64,000 nucleotides of DNA from Spirochaetes bacterium ADurb.Bin133 (GTDB lineage Bacteria; Spirochaetota; GWE2-31-10; MWDO01), in the NCBI GenBank assembly GCA_002070605.1, contig MWDO01000003.1:11853-75852 (forward strand), read 5' to 3'. Within the stretch, counting starts at the first letter, position 1; every line of letters begins with the position of its first letter. The notes below the pieces were generated by a model. The model saw only the letters and a program-made list of their open reading frames with translations, ran no database searches and was not told the DNA's origin. Made by a program: the position numbers and the translations under genes. Shown one piece after another: positions 9,945-18,068 of this stretch.

Positions 9945-10679
9945 ATGACGGAAAAAATTGCGCTCAAAGAAAACATCAATTGGGACAAAGCGCGTCTTTT
10001 GCTGGCGATCGGTATTGCGGGGGCTAGCATTAACCTTGCAGGCGACATGCTCATGGGTTGGGGCGCGCGGGACGCAAGTTTGACAGGGGTAGAGGGGTAC
10101 GTTTCTCAGTATCTTACGATAGCTGATTGGAGAATGTTTTGGTCGGCGCTGTTGGGACTGATTGGCGTTCCCGTTAGTCTTGTAGGACATATCGGAATTT
10201 ACAAGCTTATTAAGCCGTATTCTAAAAAATATGCGCGATTGTACGGCGTTGGAATTTTTGGCGGCTTTACGTTCGGCGGCGCCGGCGTTCATGTCTCGTC
10301 CGTCGCTTCTGCCTTTTTTTATAAATATATGACAGCTGCAAGTTCTGAAACGGCTCTTGCAACATCGATACAATTTGTATGCTACTTTTCAGTACCGCTG
10401 TACATCGCGCTTTTGATATGCGTTCTTATACAATCGTATGCTCATATACGAGCGCTTGCGACAGGCTTAACCCCCTATCCCCGTTGGTGTTGGCTCTGTT
10501 CTCTGCCTGTGGGCGCATTGCTTGTTAGCCTTGTTTCTCTCTTCGGAAACTACGCGCTTGTAAATGCAATCATGGTCGGCGTTTTTTCCTTGGGAAATAT
10601 ATGGACGCAAAGTTGGCACTTGATATTGCTGGATAAAGCGAAAGGAGTTTACAACCCCAATGCTCCGTATGATGGATAA
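9945..10679 (+). CDS. Multi-pass membrane protein (DUF6796-like)
   Basis: About 6 hydrophobic segments and an AAGGA RBS; family recognised from GDMLMGW..G and YP(R/K)W motifs. Confidence 0.7.
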   Translation: MTEKIALKENINWDKARLLLAIGIAGASINLAGDMLMGWGARDASLTGVEGYVSQYLTIADWRMFWSALLGLIGVPVSLVGHIGIYKLIKPYSKKYARLYGVGIFGGFTFGGAGVHVSSVASAFFYKYMTAASSETALATSIQFVCYFSVPLYIALLICVLIQSYAHIRALATGLTPYPRWCWLCSLPVGALLVSLVSLFGNYALVNAIMVGVFSLGNIWTQSWHLILLDKAKGVYNPNAPYDG

Positions 10680-10691
10680 AGGAGGGCTTTT

Positions 10692-11606
10692 ATGGCGCTT
10701 AGCAATAAAATTATTATGACCAGTATGCGTTTGCTTTCTTATTTTTTTCCGGATAAGCCTGCGGAGGAAATCTATGCTCATGCAAAAGCGCATAATGAGA
10801 AACAGGTCTTTAAGGTTCCAAAAGATAGAAGAATCGACTATGAAGACTTAAAAATCCACACCAAAATTGGAATTTACCACTGTCTTCGCATGAAAAAGAA
10901 AGGGCAAATACCAAAGCGAGCTACGCTCTATATCTGCGGCGGAGGCGGAGTGTACGACTATTGTCAGCCGCAACTTTTTCTTGCTAAGCAACTTTTAAAT
11001 CGGGTAAATTGTGAAATTTATTACCCATTTTATCCGCCTTCGACAAAGCATCCTATCAAAGAAGCATACCGAATGGTTTTTGAAACGTACAGGCTGATGT
11101 TGAATGAGCATGATCACACAAAAATAGGCGTTGTAGGCGTGTCGTTCGGAGCAACAGCGGCAATGACGATGCTTTCGTGGAACAATTATTACAATGAAAA
11201 CCTTCCCATGCCGTCGCTCACTGTCGGCTTGTCCCCCGGTCATGCGCCGGCAAACTCAGCTGAAAAAGAAATGCTTGAAGCCTATCGGGGTATAGACCCC
11301 ATGATCTCTGTCGATTTGGTCGAGGCATATGGGCGCATACATAAGGGAGGAGAAGATTTAGACGATTGGCTCATTCATACCGCCCACGGCGACTTTCGAA
11401 ATGCAGGAAAAATCTATCTCTATTTTGGTGAAAAAGAAAGCTTGGCTTATGCAGCCCCCATCTACAGAAACTCTTTTGAAAGAGCAGGAGCAGACTATAA
11501 GATTCATATAGAGCCGGATATGCCCCATTGCTATGGAGTAATGCGGATAAATAAAGCTTGCAGAAAGACTTATGATGAGTATGTAAGTCGTATACATAAC
11601 CTTTAA
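10692..11606 (+). CDS. alpha/beta hydrolase (Abhydrolase_3/HSL-like esterase)
   Basis: CGGGG oxyanion-like motif, GVSFG nucleophile elbow, DP(M)IS and C-terminal PHC His. Confidence 0.85.
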   Translation: MALSNKIIMTSMRLLSYFFPDKPAEEIYAHAKAHNEKQVFKVPKDRRIDYEDLKIHTKIGIYHCLRMKKKGQIPKRATLYICGGGGVYDYCQPQLFLAKQLLNRVNCEIYYPFYPPSTKHPIKEAYRMVFETYRLMLNEHDHTKIGVVGVSFGATAAMTMLSWNNYYNENLPMPSLTVGLSPGHAPANSAEKEMLEAYRGIDPMISVDLVEAYGRIHKGGEDLDDWLIHTAHGDFRNAGKIYLYFGEKESLAYAAPIYRNSFERAGADYKIHIEPDMPHCYGVMRINKACRKTYDEYVSRIHNL

Positions 11607-11660
11607 AAAAATGTTTCCTATGCTTGACAACCCTCAAACCAGGCGTTAGATTGAACTAGC

Positions 11661-11688
11661 GTATCCGCCAAATTGGCTCCATAGTTGT
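11661..11688 (+). mobile_element. Second copy of the IS66-like left end
   Basis: 26/28 identical to 598-625, same orientation. Confidence 0.5.
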
Positions 11689-11733
11689 TGGAGATCAAGT
11701 AGAGAATCCGGTATGAAAAAAGGAGAAAAACCG

Positions 11734-12387
11734 ATGTCGAGAAAAGCTACGAATTTTCAAAAAGCCGTTATGAGCAGATTGTTTCGAGGCAGGAGAATTT
11801 TCAATCCGTTGAACGCCAGCTATGTTGACGAACACGTCGCTTCGCTCAGAGAGTGAGTTGCGAATATTTTTTTCTATACGAAAAGCGGAAACACAATTAT
11901 GATCGATGCCGGCTACAACTATGACCGCTTGGAAGAAAAAATGTCGCGGCTCAATCTTAAACCCAAAGACGTCAAGCATATTTTAATCACACATCAAGAC
12001 ACTGACCATATGGGAGCAGTTGAAAGGGACAGCGACCGCTTATTTAAACATGCAACGCTCTATATCGGTGAAATCGAAAACAGATATCTCGCCGGCGAGA
12101 TTCGCAGAAAAGTGTTCCGCGGTCTTTACAAACTGCCCAAAGTCAATACAGACAATGAAAAAGTACTTTTAAAAGACGGGGAGATTTTTTATATCTACGA
12201 TATCAAAATAAAATGTATACTCGTTCCCGGACATACCGGTTACACTTGGGATTTGGATTTCGCATTTAAATATGTTGATAAAGTATGCAAACCTTTATCC
12301 AAGAAATTTTATAATCCTCTTGCTCCATATGACGGATACGATGAGTCCGACGATACGGAAGAAAATGCAAGAAAATATAAGATTTAA
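11734..12387 (+). pseudogene. Metallo-beta-lactamase-fold hydrolase with a nonsense codon and internal deletion
   Basis: AAGGAG RBS and ATG 11734; in-frame TGA at 11854-11856 in RE*VANIFFY. THQDTDH motif intact, but PGHT runs straight into the C-terminal GYT segment, so the xGD motif region is missing. Confidence 0.75.
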
Positions 12388-12431
12388 ATGTTATATTTCT
12401 ATGCAAGAAAAACTAAAATAAGGAAATTTTT

Positions 12432-12902
12432 ATGAAAACGAAAACAATTATTACGTCTTCTAAATTTCATGCCGGCAAGGAAGAAGTATTTTGCAGATTA
12501 CAAAAACTTGAAACATTGCAATACATTGCCGCTCCTTTTGCCCGATTTATTCCTTTAGGCAATAATCAGATTACTGAATGGAAGGAAGGAGCTACGCTTT
12601 CTTTTCAATTACACATTTTTGGTAAAATTTCTTTCGGCGCTCACATAATACGCGTTCTTTCGTTTAATAAAGATTCAGGTATAAACACTCGCGAGTACAA
12701 CAAATATGTTCCTATTTGGAATCATCGAATTTACCTTGAATCTATTGACGAAAATACAACACGCTATACTGATGAAGTAGAAGTCGGCGCCGGTTGGAAA
12801 ACTCCGTTTGTAGCTCTATGGGCAAAAATGTTTTATGCTCATCGACAACGAAAATGGAAAAAGCTTTTGCAAATAGAAACAAACAAGCAAGGAAGCGCAT
12901 GA
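12432..12902 (+). CDS. SRPBCC/START-like hypothetical protein
   Basis: WNHRI.L....TRYTDEV...FY.HRQ..W pattern; AAGGA RBS. Confidence 0.7.
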   Translation: MKTKTIITSSKFHAGKEEVFCRLQKLETLQYIAAPFARFIPLGNNQITEWKEGATLSFQLHIFGKISFGAHIIRVLSFNKDSGINTREYNKYVPIWNHRIYLESIDENTTRYTDEVEVGAGWKTPFVALWAKMFYAHRQRKWKKLLQIETNKQGSA

Positions 12903-13035
12903 AGGAGAAATAAATGAAGATACTAAACGCCGGGAACCGAATAATGAACGCAACTCATGAAACTATGTATTGCCGAAAACGCAGAAATTCTATTACCGGC
13001 GCGCGGCGCTCCGTTCCCAATCAGAGACCTAAAAC

Positions 13036-13139
13036 GCAATATGCGTCGAATTTTTATCGAGGCGCGGCAATTATGTAGCGCATATGTGTCATTTTAATTT
13101 TAACGCCATATGCGTCGAATTTCCCAAAAAACCGGCGGG
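13036..13139. repeat. Modular repeat cluster (partial, one terminal motif)
   Basis: Three reverse CATATG(C/T)GTC units ending in CCAAAAAACCGGCGGG (13124-13139), between convergent genes. Confidence 0.8.
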
Positions 13140-13156
13140 CGCTTCTGCGTCTAATA

Positions 13157-13963
13157 TTAAAGCTGTATCGTATTTCCGGTCCAATTATAAAAAACGTTTG
13201 ATTTTACGATTTTATTTTTTAACGACAGATATTTATCGATTCCTGTACAATGCGACGCGCCGATATGCGTTATATCAAGCTCTTTTAGCGCGTCTATAAC
13301 TTTATCCGTAGTCGCGTCGTCCTCGCCCGAAAGATGATAGCCCCCCAACGCGTAGTCGATTGGCAGGTTAAATTCTGCGCTCGCCGTTTTTACGATATTC
13401 GTTATTCCTCTGTGCGAACAACCGCTAACGATATTTATTTTTCCGCCGTTTTTAATAACTAAAAACTGTTCGTCTGGAAAATTGTCTTCTATAAATTTGT
13501 TTTCTTCATTGAGGATATACATATTTTTAAAATGAGTATCAAAGTTATTATATATTTTTATGTCGGGAATAATAAAAAAATCTTTCGCGATCTCGGCGTT
13601 TTCTTTGATAAAAACTACCCTCTCCCCAATAGCCGATACGTCGAAAGGTATGCCGATATACTCCTTTTTTGATTTATATTTCTTGAAAAGCGCCTCTTTT
13701 TTTATGTAAATCGACGCTTTGTCGTTGCGTTTGACGAATTCCTCGATACCGCCCGTATGATCGTAATGCCCGTGGCTTATAACTAACGCGTCGATTTTGG
13801 AAATATCGATACCCAGAGTTTTAGCGTTATCGGCAAATATTCCCGACCGCCCCGTATCAAATAGTATCTTTAGTTCGTCCGTCTCAATCAGTAATGAAAA
13901 TCCATGCTCGCCAAAAAGATTTTTACCGTAGACTACGTTGTCTATTAATGTCGTTATTTTCAT
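13157..13963 (-). CDS. MBL-fold metallohydrolase (COG1237-type)
   Basis: EHGFS, LFDTG, SHGHYDHTGG, GCSH, GGYH and HCTG. Confidence 0.9.
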   Translation of the reverse strand: MKITTLIDNVVYGKNLFGEHGFSLLIETDELKILFDTGRSGIFADNAKTLGIDISKIDALVISHGHYDHTGGIEEFVKRNDKASIYIKKEALFKKYKSKKEYIGIPFDVSAIGERVVFIKENAEIAKDFFIIPDIKIYNNFDTHFKNMYILNEENKFIEDNFPDEQFLVIKNGGKINIVSGCSHRGITNIVKTASAEFNLPIDYALGGYHLSGEDDATTDKVIDALKELDITHIGASHCTGIDKYLSLKNKIVKSNVFYNWTGNTIQL

Positions 13964-14739
13964 ATTTGTCTCTCGTATAAATATTTTACGACTAACTGAA
14001 CAAAACTTAGCGATATTACGATGAACAATATAATTTTTAAAATTTTTGGCGGCGCGATTTTACTTACTCTGGCGCCAAATTGAGCGGAAATCAACGAACC
14101 GAGGACGACCGGCGCCAACAATATATAGTCGACTTGAAACGATAAAATCTTACCTATCGAGCCGAAAAGCGCGCCGATAAATATTATTCCAAGACTAGTG
14201 CCGATAGTAATTTTTAGAGGAATCTTTAAGATTTTAGTCATAATCGGTATTAATATAAATCCGCCGCCCGCGCCGACTATTCCCGAAATAGCGCCTACCG
14301 CTACCCCCGTGGGTATCAATAGCTTTTTATTCACTACAACGTCAGATAGTTCCTCGTTATCGTTTTGATTGCGCTCCAATAAGAGAAGCGCCAAAGACAA
14401 TAAGATAGTCGCGGCAAATATTATTAGAATAATATCGTTATTTAAATATTTTGAAAAATAAGAGCCTAATAAAGACGAAATTCCCATAGATATACCGACA
14501 TATAGCAATATTTGATAGTGTACAAAACGGTTTTTTCCATGGATAATAAGTCCGGATATTGAAGAAAAAAACGCTTGAACCATCGATAATCCGGCAACCG
14601 ATTTCATCGTTAGCGCGCCTACGTTGAATAGCGGAGGAATATTTAGCATAAGCGGTACAATAACGACCGCGCCGCCCAATCCCAAAAAACCGGATAAAAA
14701 TCCGCCGACTAAACTTATTAAGAATAATGTAATAATCAA
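13960..14739 (-). CDS. TauE/SafE sulfite-exporter family membrane protein
   Basis: Two GFLSGFLGLGG / GAISGIVGAGGG repeats and about 8 TM segments. Confidence 0.9.
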   Translation of the reverse strand: MIITLFLISLVGGFLSGFLGLGGAVVIVPLMLNIPPLFNVGALTMKSVAGLSMVQAFFSSISGLIIHGKNRFVHYQILLYVGISMGISSLLGSYFSKYLNNDIILIIFAATILLSLALLLLERNQNDNEELSDVVVNKKLLIPTGVAVGAISGIVGAGGGFILIPIMTKILKIPLKITIGTSLGIIFIGALFGSIGKILSFQVDYILLAPVVLGSLISAQFGARVSKIAPPKILKIILFIVISLSFVQLVVKYLYERQI

Positions 14740-14761
14740 ATTATTTTCCTACTTTTTTGCG

Positions 14762-14894
14762 CCCGTCGGTTTTTAATTTACTAATTAAAAATATTTTTTC
14801 CATATGCGTCGAATTTTTATTCTTAACATCATATGTGTCGAATTTTCTCCTTAACGTCATATGTGTCATTTTTCTCCTCCAAAAAACTAATGGG
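14762..14894. repeat. MITE-like modular repeat
   Basis: CCCGTCGGTTTTT ... CCAAAAAACTAATGGG ends enclosing three ~28-bp CATATG units; the right end overlaps the radical SAM stop codon. Confidence 0.85.
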
Positions 14895-15837
14895 GCGTCT
14901 TTTTTTTATTCGTTAGCGCAATAAAATTTTTTCCTTCGACCGTTTCAACTTGCGCTTCTTTTTCTTCCAGCAACTTATTGGCAAGCTTCGTCGCCTCGTT
15001 TCTGTTTATTTGTAGCCCGCTCGCTATATCGTCGATCGAACAGGGGCGGCGGCGCAACAGGTTTATTACGTCGAATTTGTCTACGACATTATCGCTCTCA
15101 ATTTTAGGTTGAAATTTATATATAATTTCAACGTCTTTATGTTTAAAAAAAGTTTTATATCTATTCATCTCTTCGGTTGTCGGCGCTTTAGCGTAACTTT
15201 CGGCGGGAGGTCTATCCACGCTGTTCAACTGAACCTTATCGACTCTCATTTTATTGACAATCTGAGCTATAATATCGATTTTGCCGTCGTTCATCGCCGT
15301 ATCTTTCAATAAAAAAACTTCGAGCCATATTTTGTTTTTAAAACCATGACTAAATTCAATCAATCCCTCTATTATTTTCTCGCGCGACAACTGTTTTTCA
15401 GGTCTGTTTACTTTTTGAAAACTATCGTCGTCCCAAAAATCTAGCGAAGGTTTAACCAGATCGGCGTTCTTTATATCGTCGCGTACTTTCTCGTCCCACA
15501 AAAGCGAGCCGTTGGTAAGTATCGCCGCGGGTATATCGGTAACGCTTTTTATAAAATCAATAAGTTCGCCTAACTTCGAATAAAGCGTCGGCTCGCCGGA
15601 ACCGGCGATTGTTATATAATCGATCTTGATATTCTCCTTTAACTTTTCGGTTAATTCGCGCTTAATATCTTCCAGCGGTATATACTCTTTTCTTTCGACG
15701 GTCTTATTGGTAGTTCTTCCAAGTTCGCAATAAACGCAATCAAAACTACAGGTTTTGAAAGGTATAACGTCCGCTCCAAGAGAAAGCCCAAGACGTCTCG
15801 ACGGTACGGGTCCGAATATATATTTGTAATTACTCAT
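14887..15837 (-). CDS. Radical SAM protein (COG0731-like) with a C-terminal HTH-like extension
   Basis: FGPVPSRRLG.SLG, CSFDCVYC, GSGEPTL and LTNGSLL. Confidence 0.9.
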   Translation of the reverse strand: MSNYKYIFGPVPSRRLGLSLGADVIPFKTCSFDCVYCELGRTTNKTVERKEYIPLEDIKRELTEKLKENIKIDYITIAGSGEPTLYSKLGELIDFIKSVTDIPAAILTNGSLLWDEKVRDDIKNADLVKPSLDFWDDDSFQKVNRPEKQLSREKIIEGLIEFSHGFKNKIWLEVFLLKDTAMNDGKIDIIAQIVNKMRVDKVQLNSVDRPPAESYAKAPTTEEMNRYKTFFKHKDVEIIYKFQPKIESDNVVDKFDVINLLRRRPCSIDDIASGLQINRNEATKLANKLLEEKEAQVETVEGKNFIALTNKKKTPH

Positions 15838-15926
15838 TTTTTTTCTTCGCTTTTTTTGCCATATAATATCTTCTGCGCATTTTATATTATTTGACTAAAT
15901 ACGCAAAATTATTTATAGACTCCTTT

Positions 15927-17279
15927 TTATTTTTTTCTTAAAAAAATTATATTTTCTTTTAGCATTGTATCGCATAATACCCCTTTTTCATTTGTCGGAG
16001 AATTTTTGGAGGGCATTCTTTTATTGATTATATTCCTATACAAAATTTTCTCAACATTAAAACCTATTTTTCCCGCTAATTCGCTTATTATCAAATCTGT
16101 TCTCAAAAACACATTCTTTACGGTTCTATTGCCGGTAACTAAAACAAAATATTTGTCTCTTTTTAAATAGTAATACGCATTAATTAGAGTTTTGTTTAAA
16201 TCAATATAAAACGATAAGACGTCTTTTGCTCTTTTATTACAATTATTTTTTATTTGTTCAAGTTGTTGTTTTAACATTGGCGAATAATCGAGCGTCTCGT
16301 CGTCTAAATTAATATTATTTTTTCCGCCCAGTAGATTACCGTCAAGCGAATAAATATTATTATCATTATTCAACCATTGCCACGAAAGTCGCGAAAATTG
16401 ACCATACGCTACGGTAGTTCTTGAATCTCCATAAGGAGGAGAAGTCAATATAAAGTCAACCGACTCTTCGTCTATATTCTGTCTAATTCTCGAATCGCCA
16501 TATATTATCTTAATATTCGTTTTATTTAATTTTACATTACTATAAAATTTAATCATTAAATTAATATTTCTATTGCATACTTTATTATATTCATCAAAAA
16601 CATTTGGATTAAAACTATCATTGATTTTATTTTTGTCTCTATGTAATTTAAATCCGCCGTGATTTGTCAAAGATACTCTTCTTATAACCTCGCTTAGACA
16701 TAAGAGGAAAAAGTTTTTGATATTTTCATTTTCAATATCCGTTATGATTGATTTTAGTTTTGACAAATGCGTAATTACGTCTTTTTTAAACCAAAATTCA
16801 ATATTATGAAATTTTTGATTTTCAAAATTATTATCGCTCCTAAAATACATATTCTCAATTTCATAGAATTTATTCTTTAATAAAACCGGATCAATTGGGG
16901 TAACTTTTACTTTTGCCATAAAACAAGCAAATGGATTCAATTCTATTCCAATCGCTTTTTTTCTATTTAGAAGTAAACATTCGATTAATGTCGTCCCCGA
17001 ACCGGAAAAATTATCCAGAACCACGCTATTTTCGTTCGTAAATACTCTCAATATTTTCCTTGCAAGTTGAGGGATAAATTTTGCCGGATATTGATGAAAA
17101 CCGTGAGAATAGATATTTGGATTAAAATCTTTAAAATCCCATTCGGAATACCAATCTTTAATATCGCTAGCGGTATAATAATTTTCGTCTTCTATATTTT
17201 CATTATACCGCGTATTAACGACGTCAAACAAATTTGCCGAAGAATAATTGATATTCATTTTTTTTAATTCAGCGATCAT
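15927..17279 (-). CDS. alpha-class N4-cytosine DNA methyltransferase (M.MvaI-like)
   Basis: HQYPAKFIP, LDNFSGSGTT (motif I) before TSPPYGDSRTTVAYGQFSRLS (motif IV), and KRMPSKNSPTN. Confidence 0.9.
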   Translation of the reverse strand: MIAELKKMNINYSSANLFDVVNTRYNENIEDENYYTASDIKDWYSEWDFKDFNPNIYSHGFHQYPAKFIPQLARKILRVFTNENSVVLDNFSGSGTTLIECLLLNRKKAIGIELNPFACFMAKVKVTPIDPVLLKNKFYEIENMYFRSDNNFENQKFHNIEFWFKKDVITHLSKLKSIITDIENENIKNFFLLCLSEVIRRVSLTNHGGFKLHRDKNKINDSFNPNVFDEYNKVCNRNINLMIKFYSNVKLNKTNIKIIYGDSRIRQNIDEESVDFILTSPPYGDSRTTVAYGQFSRLSWQWLNNDNNIYSLDGNLLGGKNNINLDDETLDYSPMLKQQLEQIKNNCNKRAKDVLSFYIDLNKTLINAYYYLKRDKYFVLVTGNRTVKNVFLRTDLIISELAGKIGFNVEKILYRNIINKRMPSKNSPTNEKGVLCDTMLKENIIFLRKK

Positions 17280-18068
17280 TTACAGTTCCTCATTTACAAA
17301 ATCGATTATCTCGGAGAGAGGAGAAATAAAATTTTCATTTACCGGTTTTGAAATAAAAGCTTTGTCAAAAAATTTGAACATTCCGCGATGTTGAGGATTA
17401 TTAATTTCATTGTAAAAATTTACAGTGGCAAAACAAACCATTGGCATGTCGTTTGTTTCATAAGAAATGTTATATTTATCTTTGATAGTATTTTCAGAAG
17501 TCGCAATTTCCATTAGCAATTTCCATTTATAAGTTTGCCCCGCTCGTTCTCTTAACGACGTTTTTAACGATAAGATAATACATTTATCTACATCGTCGTT
17601 TTCCTTTTTGGTGTAGATTATTAAATCTGCGTCGGGTTTTTGCGTTTCTCCGTCGACATTTATTGTCGCTAATTTATCAAAGTTTTTGACTTTCGATTTT
17701 TTACTTGTTATAAAAATATTTGGTTTTATATTTCCAATTATTTTATTTTTTAAAAAAATATAAACAATCGAATTTGAAAATACGTTTCCAGCAATAGACT
17801 TTATTGATTGACTAATATCGGTAATTTCGCCTTTAATTTTTCTATCATTTAAAAGTTTTCGAACGTCTTGCTCTGCGCCTTTTAAAATTTCGTATAAATG
17901 ATTAAATACTTCTCTCCAAGAATTTTTAGTAATTCCATTTTTTATTACAAATTCATTAATACCTTTCAATGTAGGTAACATATAATCTGTTTTTTCAATC
18001 TTTACTAGGTCTCTATTTTCTTCTTTGTTCAACTCATAATTCAAAATAACAATCCTTATATCTACCAA
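17280..18068 (-). CDS. Type II restriction endonuclease, BsaWI/CCGG-family
   Basis: PD..D....K-TSLRER motif typical of CC-recognising enzymes; adjacent to the m4C MTase; start uncertain (TTG 18068 or ATG near 17981). Confidence 0.8.
   Translation of the reverse strand: MVDIRIVILNYELNKEENRDLVKIEKTDYMLPTLKGINEFVIKNGITKNSWREVFNHLYEILKGAEQDVRKLLNDRKIKGEITDISQSIKSIAGNVFSNSIVYIFLKNKIIGNIKPNIFITSKKSKVKNFDKLATINVDGETQKPDADLIIYTKKENDDVDKCIILSLKTSLRERAGQTYKWKLLMEIATSENTIKDKYNISYETNDMPMVCFATVNFYNEINNPQHRGMFKFFDKAFISKPVNENFISPLSEIIDFVNEEL

Noticed and set aside
4453-13000. Classical integron cassette array
   Set aside because: No intI, and no recurring RYYYAAC...GTTRRRY attC palindromes between genes; a lone GTTAGAT at 11645 is insufficient
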